From the NCBI RefSeq assembly GCF_006345805.1, contig NC_043022.1, forward strand, positions 16,492,001 through 16,556,000: a DNA stretch of 64,000 nucleotides, read 5' to 3'. Origin of the DNA: Octopus sinensis. Taxonomy: Eukaryota. The position numbers were made by a program, and so were the translations under genes. The notes under the pieces are model-generated. The model was not told the origin of the DNA. It did no database searches and saw only the letters and a program-made list of their open reading frames with translations. This document shows, piece by piece, positions 53,662-64,000 of the stretch (position 1 is the first letter of the stretch; each line of letters begins with the position of its first letter).

Positions 53662-53792
53662 ATTTTTACCAATTTCCATCTACCAAATCCACTCACAGGG
53701 CTTTGGTCAGTCTGAAGTTATTGTAGAATGGGACTGAACCTGGTGCCACATGGTTGGGAAGCAAGATTTTTAACCACCCAGCTACACCTGTG
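53662..53792 (-). mobile_element. Family A SINE 5' half
   Basis: tttccatctaccaaatccactcac...gggactgaacctgg. Confidence 0.75.
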
Positions 53793-54214
53793 TCTGTATA
53801 TATATATATATATATATAACTTAATAATAACTTAGAAAGGTTTTGGCCAGTATTGGCCCAGGCCATGTCTAACTTAATAGCACCACCTGGCATATATATA
53901 TATGTATATATGTATGTATATATATATATATGTATGTATGTATGTGCATATATATATATGTTACTTATACTAATGTGTTGCTACAGTCAATTTCAGCTAT
54001 AGATATATATACATGATGATGATGATTTTATATATAACTAGGGGGGAGAAAAGGTTGTGTTAACATTTAGCTGGTGCTTATTTTTGGTGGAATTGATTTA
54101 ACATATGTATATATATATATATCACAGAATCAGCGAGACTATTGGACATTGTTATACATCACTGGTCACAATGCATCCTTTTAGCTTTCAAGCAATGCCA
54201 CCTCTCTGGCTTCT

Positions 54215-54395
54215 CAAGCAGGCTGACATTCTCCTTGATCAGAAGGCTGGTCCATAGCAGGGTTGCTCATTTACAGCTGGAGCAATGTGAAATGAAGTGT
54301 TTTGCTCAAGAACTCAATGCACAGCCAGTCTGGGGATAGAAACCATGATCTCTTGATTGTGAGTGCAGCATACCTAACCACTTGGCCATACACCT

Positions 54396-54398
<3 letters not shown>
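54215..54398 (-). mobile_element. CORE-type tRNA SINE (family D variant)
   Basis: Minus strand ggtgtatggccaagtggttagg head, then gttcttgagcaaaacacttcatttcacattgctccag core. Confidence 0.7.
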
Positions 54399-54449
<51 letters not shown>

Positions 54450-55095
54450 TTTTACTAGTCTTAGTCTTTGGATTGCAGCCATACTGAAGGACTACCTTGA
54501 AAGGTTTAGTTGGTCTACTCAACCCCCATATGACCCTGTGGTAGAATTTCTATACAGGAGAGAGAGAGAGAGATGTGACTAAGATAATGAATGTCTGCCT
54601 GTAATCATTTATGGGTGTTTGTTATTGGTAAAATGCCTATCCACATGGAAAAGTGCAATGGGGCGTGGGTGGTGGGAAACAAATTGTTAATTAAGAAAGT
54701 CAATATTGTACACAAATAAAAACTTTAATTGTATTGTATTTAAATAGTTTATAGATTTCTTGTTTTCTCCTTTTCTTTTTTTTTTGGGATTTTCATTTTA
54801 AAAACTGTTTATATTTACAAGAAATATTCCATCACCATTGCATAATCATTAAAGTCACAATGTCACAGTTTTATGTTCATTTCTGCCATGTTGGCATGGA
54901 TGGAAGGGGTTGGGTGGGTTTGTAAGTCATATATCATGAATGTTTATCAATTTAATAACATGAACTCCTGTTGGTTTTATTAAGAAGCAGATTCGTAATA
55001 GACCGAATGTCAGTTAATTTCCCAAAGCCAAAAGTATTTCATTACCATTGCCTAAGCATGTTGGCTCAGGATTATAAAACCTTCAGCTTTTCCTG

Positions 55096-55498
55096 TTAAC
55101 CCTTTAGCACTTAACCCGACCATATCTCGCCCAAGTATTCTACCCGTTCTATGTTTGAACTGATCTGATCTGGCCTTTCACATCATCATCATCATTTAAG
55201 GTCCATTCTCCATGCTGGCAGGGGTTAGACAATTTGACTGGGACTGGCAGGCCAAAGTGTGGCACCAGGATCCAGTCGTCTGTTGTGGCTTGGATTCTAT
55301 GATTGGAGGCCGTCCCTAATGCCAGCCACTTTACAGTGTACTGGGTGCATTTCATGTGTCACTGGCATGGATGCCTTTTACATGTCACTAGCATGGATGC
55401 CTCAATATCATTCTAAAAAATAAATGCTCTTACAGCTATGAGATAATGCAGGATTAATTCAAAACAGTTTGAATAAATAAGGATCATTTAAGGGTTAA
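55096..55498. mobile_element. piggyBac-like MITE with a nested family C insertion (about 55180-55400)
   Basis: TTAA-CCCTT ... AAGGG-TTAA ends; the left part matches the 62302-62530 element inverted. Confidence 0.75.
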
Positions 55499-55811
55499 AC
55501 TTACATCCAGTCTGACAGACTAAACCATTGTAAACTTTTGATATTTTGTTTGACAGGGTCTTCTTTGTATGCCACATTTTCATGGTCTTCAAACCTACTC
55601 AGATTATCTCCAACATAATCCTCACCTTTCATGGTTTTATGCTCACACAATGGTATGGTAGTTTAGAGTTCAACTGAATAAGTAGTTGTGCCTGGTGTAC
55701 CCTTATCAGATGGGTAGTCAAGATGGTTACATTGGGCTTCATATATTTGCACCCCAGCATCACTTTGATGGCATGTGCTGCTCTCTCACTTGATTATGAT
55801 GATAATAATAA

Positions 55812-56063
55812 TAATCATCGTTTAATGTCTGCTTTCCATGCTAGCATGGGTTGGACGGTTCAACTGGGGTCTGGGGAGCCCGAAGGCTGCACCAGGCCAG
55901 TCAGATCTGTCAGTGTTTCTACAGCTGGATGCCCTTCCTAACGCCAACCACTCCGAGAGTGTAGTGGGTGATTTTATGTGCCACCGACACAGGTGCCAGA
56001 CGAGGCTGGCGAACAGCCACGCTCGGATGGTGTTTTTTATGTGCCACCGACACAGGTGCCAGA
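55812..56063 (-). mobile_element. Family C retroposon with two head units
   Basis: Tail, core and duplicated gtgccaccgacacaggtgccagacg. Confidence 0.9.
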
Positions 56064-56080
56064 CGATAATAATAATAATA

Positions 56081-56116
<36 letters not shown>

Positions 56117-56164
56117 GGGAAATATGAAGAAGACAAAAAAACTTTTCTCATTCTAAACCAAAGA

Positions 56165-56335
56165 GAAATTGGAAACTAATTACAGTGAAGGAAACTGTTA
56201 GGATGAAGAGACCCTGAAAGGTTCCATAAAGAATAATTGCACAAGACTTAAGAGAGAGGGGTCAGAGTAAAAGCCTGGCTCAAAAGTTTGGGTTAGAAAC
56301 AGAAAGAGACAGTTTGGTTTCAGTTGGTCAATGCA
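56165..56335 (+). mobile_element. Possible R4/Dong-clade LINE fragment
   Basis: KE*LHKT*ERGVRVKAWLKSLG*KQKET resembles the R4/Dong K.LHG...WL..G.LK.ETE motif; it follows a (TAA/TTA)n tract. Confidence 0.35.
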
Positions 56336-56394
56336 ATTAATAATTATAAAAGTATATAAAAAAAAAGCATTAAAATGTTACTAACATCACATAG

Positions 56395-57485
56395 AGACTT
56401 AATGTTAGTAATGTAAAAAGACAGTTGACCACATCACTTCCAACTGACCTGTCCTTGCCAAGTTTGAATGTATTGAAAGACATGATTGATTTGGCCAGAT
56501 GTGTCCAGTGGGCAAAATGCCAACGCTTCAATGTGAAAACAAATAAAGCAATGATATATAAACATGCAGCAAACATGGTACGTGACTATGACCTGGTCAC
56601 TAGTGTCTGAGACACACCTGTCCACACTAACAAGAAGACCAAGGTAGGCTGTGCAGATATGGTTATCAAGGATAGGAATGAAAATCCTCCCCAGCCTGAT
56701 AACATCTCCAATCTGCTCTGGGTTCATAGCCTTTTGAAGACAAACTTACCTTTTGTCTTTCCTGAATCAATAAAATACCAGTTGTGTACTGGGGTTGATT
56801 TCTCTTTCTTTCTGTCTGTTTTTCTCAAAGAAAGCATCCGTGATCAAACCTGGAAAGGGATGGGCTCTGCCAGGTTTGAAAATACCCCAGCCACACTGGA
56901 TATCATGACAGAGCTCATACAACTCCATCAAGGAGATGAAGGGCCTAAAGCAAGGTAACATCTTAATCCCTTCTGGCCCAAATTTTCAAATGGAAGGTGG
57001 GGAAGAAACTCAAAAGCTCCAGAGATAGTAAAAAAACAGGGCATGGAATATAAAAGTGAAGTTGGTACAATTACTTGGAACGCTGGATATGATAAAGCAA
57101 AATTCCAAAGAAAACATTGACGAAAATAGTAGAAACGTCCACACTACAGCAGACAGTTTCAAACAGCAGCCTTTGCAGTTCAGACTTTCAGTCCAGTCGC
57201 ACAACTCAAACCATGCACCGTCTTTACATAGTATTTAGCCTATGCAATGGCTACTCATTAATATTACGGAATTCACACAACACACCCTCAACTGGGTTCC
57301 GTATGACCTGTTGGAGGGGGTATAAAATGTTTGAGGATCCACACAAGCATAATAGTAAATTGAGGACTTACAGTAAGATTTTAGGGTCCGATGAAAATAT
57401 TTTACTTTCGATGTATTTATTGCGAGACACACCTAGGACTTTTTCTCAAATGCTTAACGTACTTCAACATGTTTCCAGCCACTGA
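56395..57485 (+). pseudogene. Unassigned decayed coding region
   Basis: Frame +1 from 56395 to 57120 spans 242 codons with only two internal stops, followed by an overlapping 122-aa open frame at 57117-57485. Confidence 0.55.
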
Positions 57486-57650
57486 AGCAGTTATTCTCTG
57501 CCTGAATAACTAATATCAGCATTGCTTGGAACTGTAAGAATTCTTCACAGGGTTCTTGGAGCATGACCAGTAAACAAATGTCACGTTAGTCTGCTGGCTG
57601 ACACTTTCCATCATACTCAGCAAAATAAACTGAGAGTTTTTTTTTATATA

Positions 57651-57880
57651 TTTCTTTACTACCCACAAGGGGCTAAACACAGAGGGGACAAACAAAGACA
57701 GACAAAGGGATTAAGTCGATTACATCGACCCCAGTGCGAAACTGGTACTTAATTTATCGACCCAGAAAGGATGAAAGGCAAAGTCGACCTCGGCGGAATT
57801 TGAACTCAGAATGTAACGACAGACGAAATACGGCTACGCATTTCGCCCGGCGTGCTAACCACTCTGCCAGCTCACTGCCC
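57651..57880 (-). mobile_element. Near-intact family B (CORE/OR2-like) SINE with 10-bp TSD
   Basis: tttttatata at 57641-50 and 57881-90; tRNA-like head; CpGs retained. Confidence 0.93.
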
Positions 57881-58759
57881 TTTTTATATAATAATAATAA
57901 TAACAACAATAAAATGATAACAAAAATGTAATGTAAGCAAATAATAAGGCTGTATGAGAAGAAATAAGATTTTTGCCTGAATGTTTTCAAAGTAGAATAT
58001 TTTCGACATGTAAGAGGCTGGTTTTATTAATATCTGCTTTGAAAAGCTGCTTTGTCACAATTAATTAACGTCATTGAGTTTATAAGATTTTATTTACAAA
58101 ATATCTTCACTGGCATTTATTCCTCATTACTTATTCATAGCTTGTACACTTTGGTTTGCTGTTGGTAGAATTGGTCTGCTACAAGTCTCTCTCTCTCTCT
58201 CTTTCTCTCTCAGGTAGGGTCACCCATTGGTGACTTGAATTAGCACTGTAAGCTAGCAAAACAATAATTTAATATAAAGTTCTCTCAAAGCAGGGAGCTG
58301 CTTCCGTTTGCTGATATTTTTTTCTTACAATTTGATAGACTGAGCTTGTAAGTTTTATTTCATTTATTAATTTTCTTTCTCCAATGGTTGGAGAGAAGAT
58401 AAACAAAAACCATCACCATCTCAATTGATAGATCAACATTTTTGTCAACTTAGTCACCCATAACTTTCTCTTATAATTACAATAAAAAGTTCATCATCAT
58501 CATCACCATCATCATCATCAACAGCAACAGTGATGTTCTGTTGTGTGTTTCTTCATGCTTGCACAGGTTGTGTGAGTTTGCCACAAAATATATCAATACT
58601 TGTCTCTGGTAAATTTGACTTCAGCAGAATTTGATCTTTGATTGTAAAGAGTCAAAGTAAATACCACAAACTATTTCTTGTGATCTCCTAATAACTCTCC
58701 CTCTCAATCCGCTATTTTTCTTTAAAAATTTTGTCTTGGTTCTGGACACAGAATCAGTC

Positions 58760-58935
58760 ACCAGTGCTGTCAATGCCATCAGACCTCACTAAATGACTGG
58801 TACCTTATTTTATTGACTCTGAAAGGATGAGAGGCAAAATTGATCTTGGAAGGGTCTGAATAGTGTGCATGAAATTGTCCAGCCCATGCCAGCATGGAAA
58901 ACAGACATGAGATGATGATGATGATGATGATGATG
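58760..58935. mobile_element. Family B fragment (minus) fused to a family C tail (plus)
   Basis: gactggtaccttatttt...gaaaggatgagaggcaaa, then cccatgccagcatggaaaacagaca...gatgatgat. Confidence 0.7.
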
Positions 58936-59589
58936 ATTGTAAAGAAAATAATAACAATTATTTTGTATTCATTTTTGAATCACAGCAGTTTTAATGAAAT
59001 ACTGAGCAAAAGTTAACCAATCCTGAATCCTTAAAAAGAAATAACCTTCATAAGTTTAGTATCAAAATTTAAGTATATTCAATGTGTTTTGTTGTCTAAA
59101 TGCAGACTGTGGGTCACATCTTGTTTTGGTGTATTTCTGTAGACAATGGGTTATTTCATCAGTATTGATAACAACAGCTTGTTTAGCAGAGTCCTGATAT
59201 TGATAAAAGGCAGCCTCCCTCTTCAGTATGTTAGTGTTGCTGTATTAATATATGTATCAGTAGTAGCTGGTGTCTTGTGTGCTTATTAGTAGTAATAGCA
59301 GGTTGTCTGAGAGGGCGTGCAAAGATCATGGACTTCTCTCCGCCTTCTTGCAAAGCAAAATGCATTGTACTAACAATTTAATGTTTAGCATGTTAGTAAT
59401 GCCAGTCGTCTGTTACTATAATAATCATAATAATAATCATAACAATAACATTGATGGATCTATAAATATAGTGATAGCAGCTTCAGGAAAGTAATGCATA
59501 GTTTCAGATATTAAATAAGCTAATGATTGCATGTGTGCATGTGAGACTGATAGGGAGAATGTGTGCAGTGTATGAAAATATGTAGAAAA

Positions 59590-59620
<31 letters not shown>

Positions 59621-60447
59621 TATGGTGTAATGATGAAGGCAGAAGAAAGAGCGAAAGAGGGAAATTTATCAATAAAAAGTGAATGAGTGAGTGGGGAAGC
59701 AAGAATAGGAGAAAGAAATGAAAGAGAGGAATGGTAAATTAAGGAATAGAAAAGTGGGGTGGGGGGTTGAGAGTGAGGGAGGAGAAAGAATATTATTTTC
59801 TAACCAAATAAAATATTTATCACTTCATTGGGAAACAGAAGAAATTCCTGTAATATTGACTTCATTTCATCTCCAGCATGAACCAGTGTAATTGGTGTAA
59901 TTTGCATACAGAATTCCACCTCTTGTGTTTGCTGTGTTAATAAAAGTTCTTTATTTCATGAATTTTTATTTCGAATTCTATAAACTTATTAAACCGAAGC
60001 ATTTTAAAAGCATGTCCTATTAGCAGCTATTGAATAATAAATTGGGATTTGAATATCACAATTTAAATTAATATTAATTGACTTTGGAAATGAGTGGGTT
60101 TTAGTTTGCATTCTATCATAAAAAAATTGCAGTTAAGACATTCTAATCCCTAAAGGAATTATAATAGTTACAGAGCAAACAGCATATTGTGTTTAACACT
60201 AAGTCTACACTGACACTGAGTGGAACTATGATCAAAGACTTTCCAGTTGTGACTAAGCCATCTTCCATTCAGATTTAATGTGCCTTAATCTACAGTTCCC
60301 TATGTCATTTTTTGGGACCATTTTACCAGAGAAATCAGATAAATCCACTCAACTTTTCATTGCGCTTAACTGTGGGAAGCAGTTTTATAAACCAATCTGT
60401 CTTTTGTTGGAGAATGTCACGTTTGAAACTATCTTTAGCTGAGATAT

Positions 60448-60561
60448 GTCAAGTTTACTGAGGCAAAGTGACTTGCAGGAAATAGCAGTTCTAGTTTTTG
60501 GTAAATATTTAACATCATTACTGAAATAACCATGAAATTTTATTTTGCAGTTAAGGGGTTA
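60448..60561 (+). mobile_element. MITE end relic
   Basis: Homologous to the split copy at 19155-19712. Confidence 0.45.
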
Positions 60562-61319
60562 GGATGTTAAGATGTGACTGGAGGCAAATTTGGTTGCTAT
60601 TTCTAGCATGTTGAGTGACTATACTGCAGTTCCTTTGGTTGTTGAGCGAAAAATGACCAGAAGTGAACTGTAAATTCATCTGACTTTAGATGAATGAGTG
60701 ATCATTTGAGGTCCCTCTTTAGTAGAGCTCCCTGGAAACAGGGTCTCTTGGAGAAGGACCTAAATTATGAGCTGGTCAAGTTTTCTAGGATATTACTTAT
60801 CAGTTGGCCTGTTAGTTGAGATCATCCTTTAGGGGGTACTGCTACTGTTTAGCCCTAAGATTAAAAGCACTCCAGCTTAAAAAAAAAAAATTCTCAAACT
60901 ATTTCTGTGAATTTGCATTTAAAGTTTCAAATTATTCAACTAAGATTTATTGGCTAGAGTCATAAATAATTTTGAAATAATTAGTTTTTCCCAAATAACT
61001 CGAAGGACATTTTATTTTCTAATTTTAAAAATATTACTTTCAGCTTTTGGTTTCGTTAAGACAGTTGTCCTGTGCTTTTAATTAAAAATATATGAATGTT
61101 TTCTGGTAATATTTAAAAACCAGCCACATATCTATTTTTTGTTTTTTGTTTTTATGTAAGTTTTCATATCTAGTTTCTTCTTAGTTTTGCTGTTTTGATC
61201 GCAGAATAATTTGAAAATCCAGTTCCATATGAATAGAATTGATGACACATTTAAATCTGCAGAGGTTTCCTTTGATTTATTCTACGACAACAATAACATT
61301 TGTAATATGTTGGCCCTCC

Positions 61320-61628
61320 ATTGGTTGCCATGACGAGGGTTCCTGTTGTTCTGATCAATAGAACAGCCTGCTTGTGAAATTAACATGTGGCTGAGCACTC
61401 CATAGACACATGTACCCTTAACATAGTTCTCAGAGAGATTCAGTGTGACACAATGTAACTAGGCTGGCCCCTTTGAAATACAGGTACAACTCAATTTTGC
61501 CAGCTGAGTGGACTGGAGCAACATGAAATAAAGCGTCTTGCTCAAGGACGCAACATGCTGTCAGGAATTGAACTTATGACCTTGCAATCATGAACTGAAC
61601 ACCCTGACCACTAAGCCACGTGCCTTCA
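61320..61628 (-). mobile_element. Full-length CORE-type tRNA SINE (family D)
   Basis: Minus strand gaaggcacgtggcttagtggtcaggg (A box), aagttcaattcc (B box), gtccttgagcaagacg...gctccagtccactcagctgg (CORE). Confidence 0.85.
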
Positions 61629-61837
61629 TATAGTAATATTTATTATTATTCCTCTTGGATTACACTACCATAATTCTGATATATTACAATGACATGGTTT
61701 TAGTTTATAGTCGTTACTGTCTCAAATTTTTGCTGTAAAAAACCCCCTCTTCTCTTGGGTGTAAAATTTCAAACCTGCCATTCACACCATTGTCAGACCA
61801 AGCTGCTCAGCTTCCTTGATTCAATTTAGAATTCCCG

Positions 61838-62064
61838 GTGACCTGGTAGAAATGTTAGCACACCGGGCGAAATGCATAGCCGTATTTCGTCTGCCACTAC
61901 GTTCTGAGTTCAAATTCCGCCGAGGTCGACTTTGCCTTTCATCCTTTCGCGGTCGATTAAATAAGTACCAGTTACACACTCAGGTCGATGCAATCGACTT
62001 AATCCCTTTGTTTGTCCCGTCTGTGTTTAGCCTCCTGTGGGCAATAAAAAAAAAAAAAATTTTT
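61838..62064 (+). mobile_element. Young family B SINE with poly(A) tail and 15-bp TSD
   Basis: aatttagaattcccg at 61823-37 and 62065-79. Confidence 0.93.
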
Positions 62065-62301
62065 AATTTAGAATTCCCGTGAAAAGAAAAACATCAGTTA
62101 TCTTTTTATTTTATTCGGAAGCCCAGATTTTTTTAATGAAATTTTAATGATTTGCAAGTAATACTTTTTTATTTTGTGTGTGTGTGTGTGCTGTGATAGC
62201 CATTACAAGTCATCTCATATTCATGAGGGGGGTGATGTGGTTTGACAAGGAAAGGACTTTTGGGGACAGCACTTCAGGTTTGAAGTGATTCAGTAAAGTG
62301 T

Positions 62302-62530
62302 TTAACCCTTTAGTGTTCACATTATTCTGCCAAAATTAATCCTTTTTTATCCACATTGCCTTGAACTAATCAGGCATTATCTTGGGGCTACGAGATTTTG
62401 ATGAGGTAGCTGTTAATTTTTAAAACGATATTGTAGGGTTGGTGTGAGAGACCAGATCTGGCCAGTTTGAACATAAAACAGGCAGAATACTTTTGGCCGG
62501 ATATGGCCGGTTTAAATGCTAAAGGGTTAA
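62302..62530. mobile_element. piggyBac-like MITE
   Basis: TTAA-CCCTTTAG ... CTAAAGGG-TTAA. Confidence 0.82.
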
Positions 62531-62677
62531 TGTGGATCTTGATGAATGAGGGAGGGATGACATGTGGAGGGGAGGCAGAGGAATTATGAAGTGTTGGTCC
62601 TTTCACACTGGTATGTTGGTCCCTCCACACTGCTGTGTTGGTCCCTTCACACTACTGTCTCCTTTCCCAATTACCAT

Positions 62678-62885
62678 TCATCATCATCGTTTAGCGTCCG
62701 CTTTCCATGCTAGCATGGGTTGGACGGTTCGACTGGGGTCTGGGAAGCCAGAAGGCTGCACCAGGCACAGTCTGATCTGGCAATGTTTCTACGGCTGGAT
62801 GCCCTTCCTAATGCCAACCACTCCATGAGTGTAGTGGGTGCTTTTTACGTGCCACCTGCACAGGTGCCAGACAAGTCTGGCATTG
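62678..62885 (-). mobile_element. Family C retroposon
   Basis: Tail, intact core and one head unit. Confidence 0.9.
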
Positions 62886-63194
62886 AAATGTTCAATTCCT
62901 GCTATGTCAAAATACCATCTTCCATCACACACGATCCACCTGGGTCTCCTCTATTTACCAATAATTCTCACTCAGACATATTTAATGCTACACTTTTTTC
63001 AAATTATGATTCTAGGTAAACATCTGAACTGCTTCTCTTCTCCTTGTTGTGTGTCTTTCATTCAGCTGAGATTAAACCAGTTGTTTTGCTTACTGATAGT
63101 CCACAGATTGCACAACATGGCCAGGTCGTTGAGGCTAATACTGTGTTATCATTTACATAGATATGTGTGTTTGTGCAGATGTGACACACTCGTA

Positions 63195-63238
<44 letters not shown>

Positions 63239-64000
63239 CATGTGTGTGTATAAGTGTTTGTGTGCGTCTGCTACCATATGTAAGTGAATGTATATATAAT
63301 GAATGTGTACAAAAGATTGAGTAAGAAGTGACGGTGGGAGATCTAAGCAAGATAAGAAATAAGCAAAAAATAATAATAAAAAAAATAAATAGCTGAAGTG
63401 TATTGAACAAAACTATTTACGTAAGTTATGTAAGAAAATAGTAAATGCCATGAAAATAACATTGTTGTTCTCTTCAGGGAAAATAATATGAATGGAAACT
63501 GATCTAAGTTTCATCACCATCACTGTACTACATTGACCTTCGATATATATACGCACTACATACATCAGAATGGTTTAGTTTCTTCATTATTCTGCTGTAT
63601 TCATAGCTTTAGGCAATGGGGGTGGGGACAGGGTGTATCTCGGTTGCTGCTGTTTTTTTTATGAATGTTTTGTGTTCTGCCTGTTGTCATGTAAAGAATT
63701 CTTCAGTGCCTTTGTTGTTGCTTCTTGCTGATCAGAATCTTGTCTAGTTAGAGGCCCAAGAAAATAGTTGGCTGTTACAAGTGTGTAAAGGACTGTTATT
63801 GTTCAGTACTTTTATCAATAAGTCATGTTGTTTAATTCTGGTAACTTGATACCAACCAGTAAACAGTAGCTGTAGTGGTTCCTGGTCTAATACACCACTT
63901 CCTGAGATAGGTAATAAATCAACTGAAATGTCTAAATCACTGCTTTAAACATTAGAATTATCATGATGACAGCACCAACCAGTGATGTGTATAAATACGA

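Noticed and set aside
56578-56656. Small intron (GTACGT...CACTAAC...TGCAG) that might remove the internal TGA
   Set aside because: The 79-nt version shifts the frame into a stop, and the in-frame alternatives lack a pyrimidine tract.
403-63410. Most remaining ORF-track entries (poly-H, Y, I, VC, HT and SINE-derived peptides)
   Set aside because: They coincide with microsatellites or SINE copies, and many start at non-ATG codons.

Overview
AT-rich, repeat-dense eukaryotic DNA, essentially all intronic or intergenic. The SINE families, microsatellite load and LINE relics fit an octopod cephalopod genome (inference, not database-verified). Most of the window is microsatellites plus many copies of four short retroposon families. 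Family A is a tRNA-headed SINE with an internal (TA)/(TG) tract. B is a CORE-type, OR2-like tRNA SINE. C ends in (GAT)n and carries tandem hairpin units. D is a second CORE-type SINE. There are also decayed RTE, L1/Tx1 and R4/Dong LINE fragments, a mariner derivative with very long inverted arms, TTAA-flanked piggyBac-like MITEs, and Penelope-like terminal repeats with variant minimal hammerhead motifs. Almost all ORFs in the supplied track are repeat artefacts. The best host-gene signal is one plus-strand exon (34204-34290) that looks like a first coding exon. The least explained sequence is a ~1.1 kb near-open reading region at 56395-57485 that I cannot assign to a family. No complete gene, rRNA, real tRNA or CRISPR array is supported. 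Family names come from motif recognition by eye, and the boundaries of old repeats are approximate.
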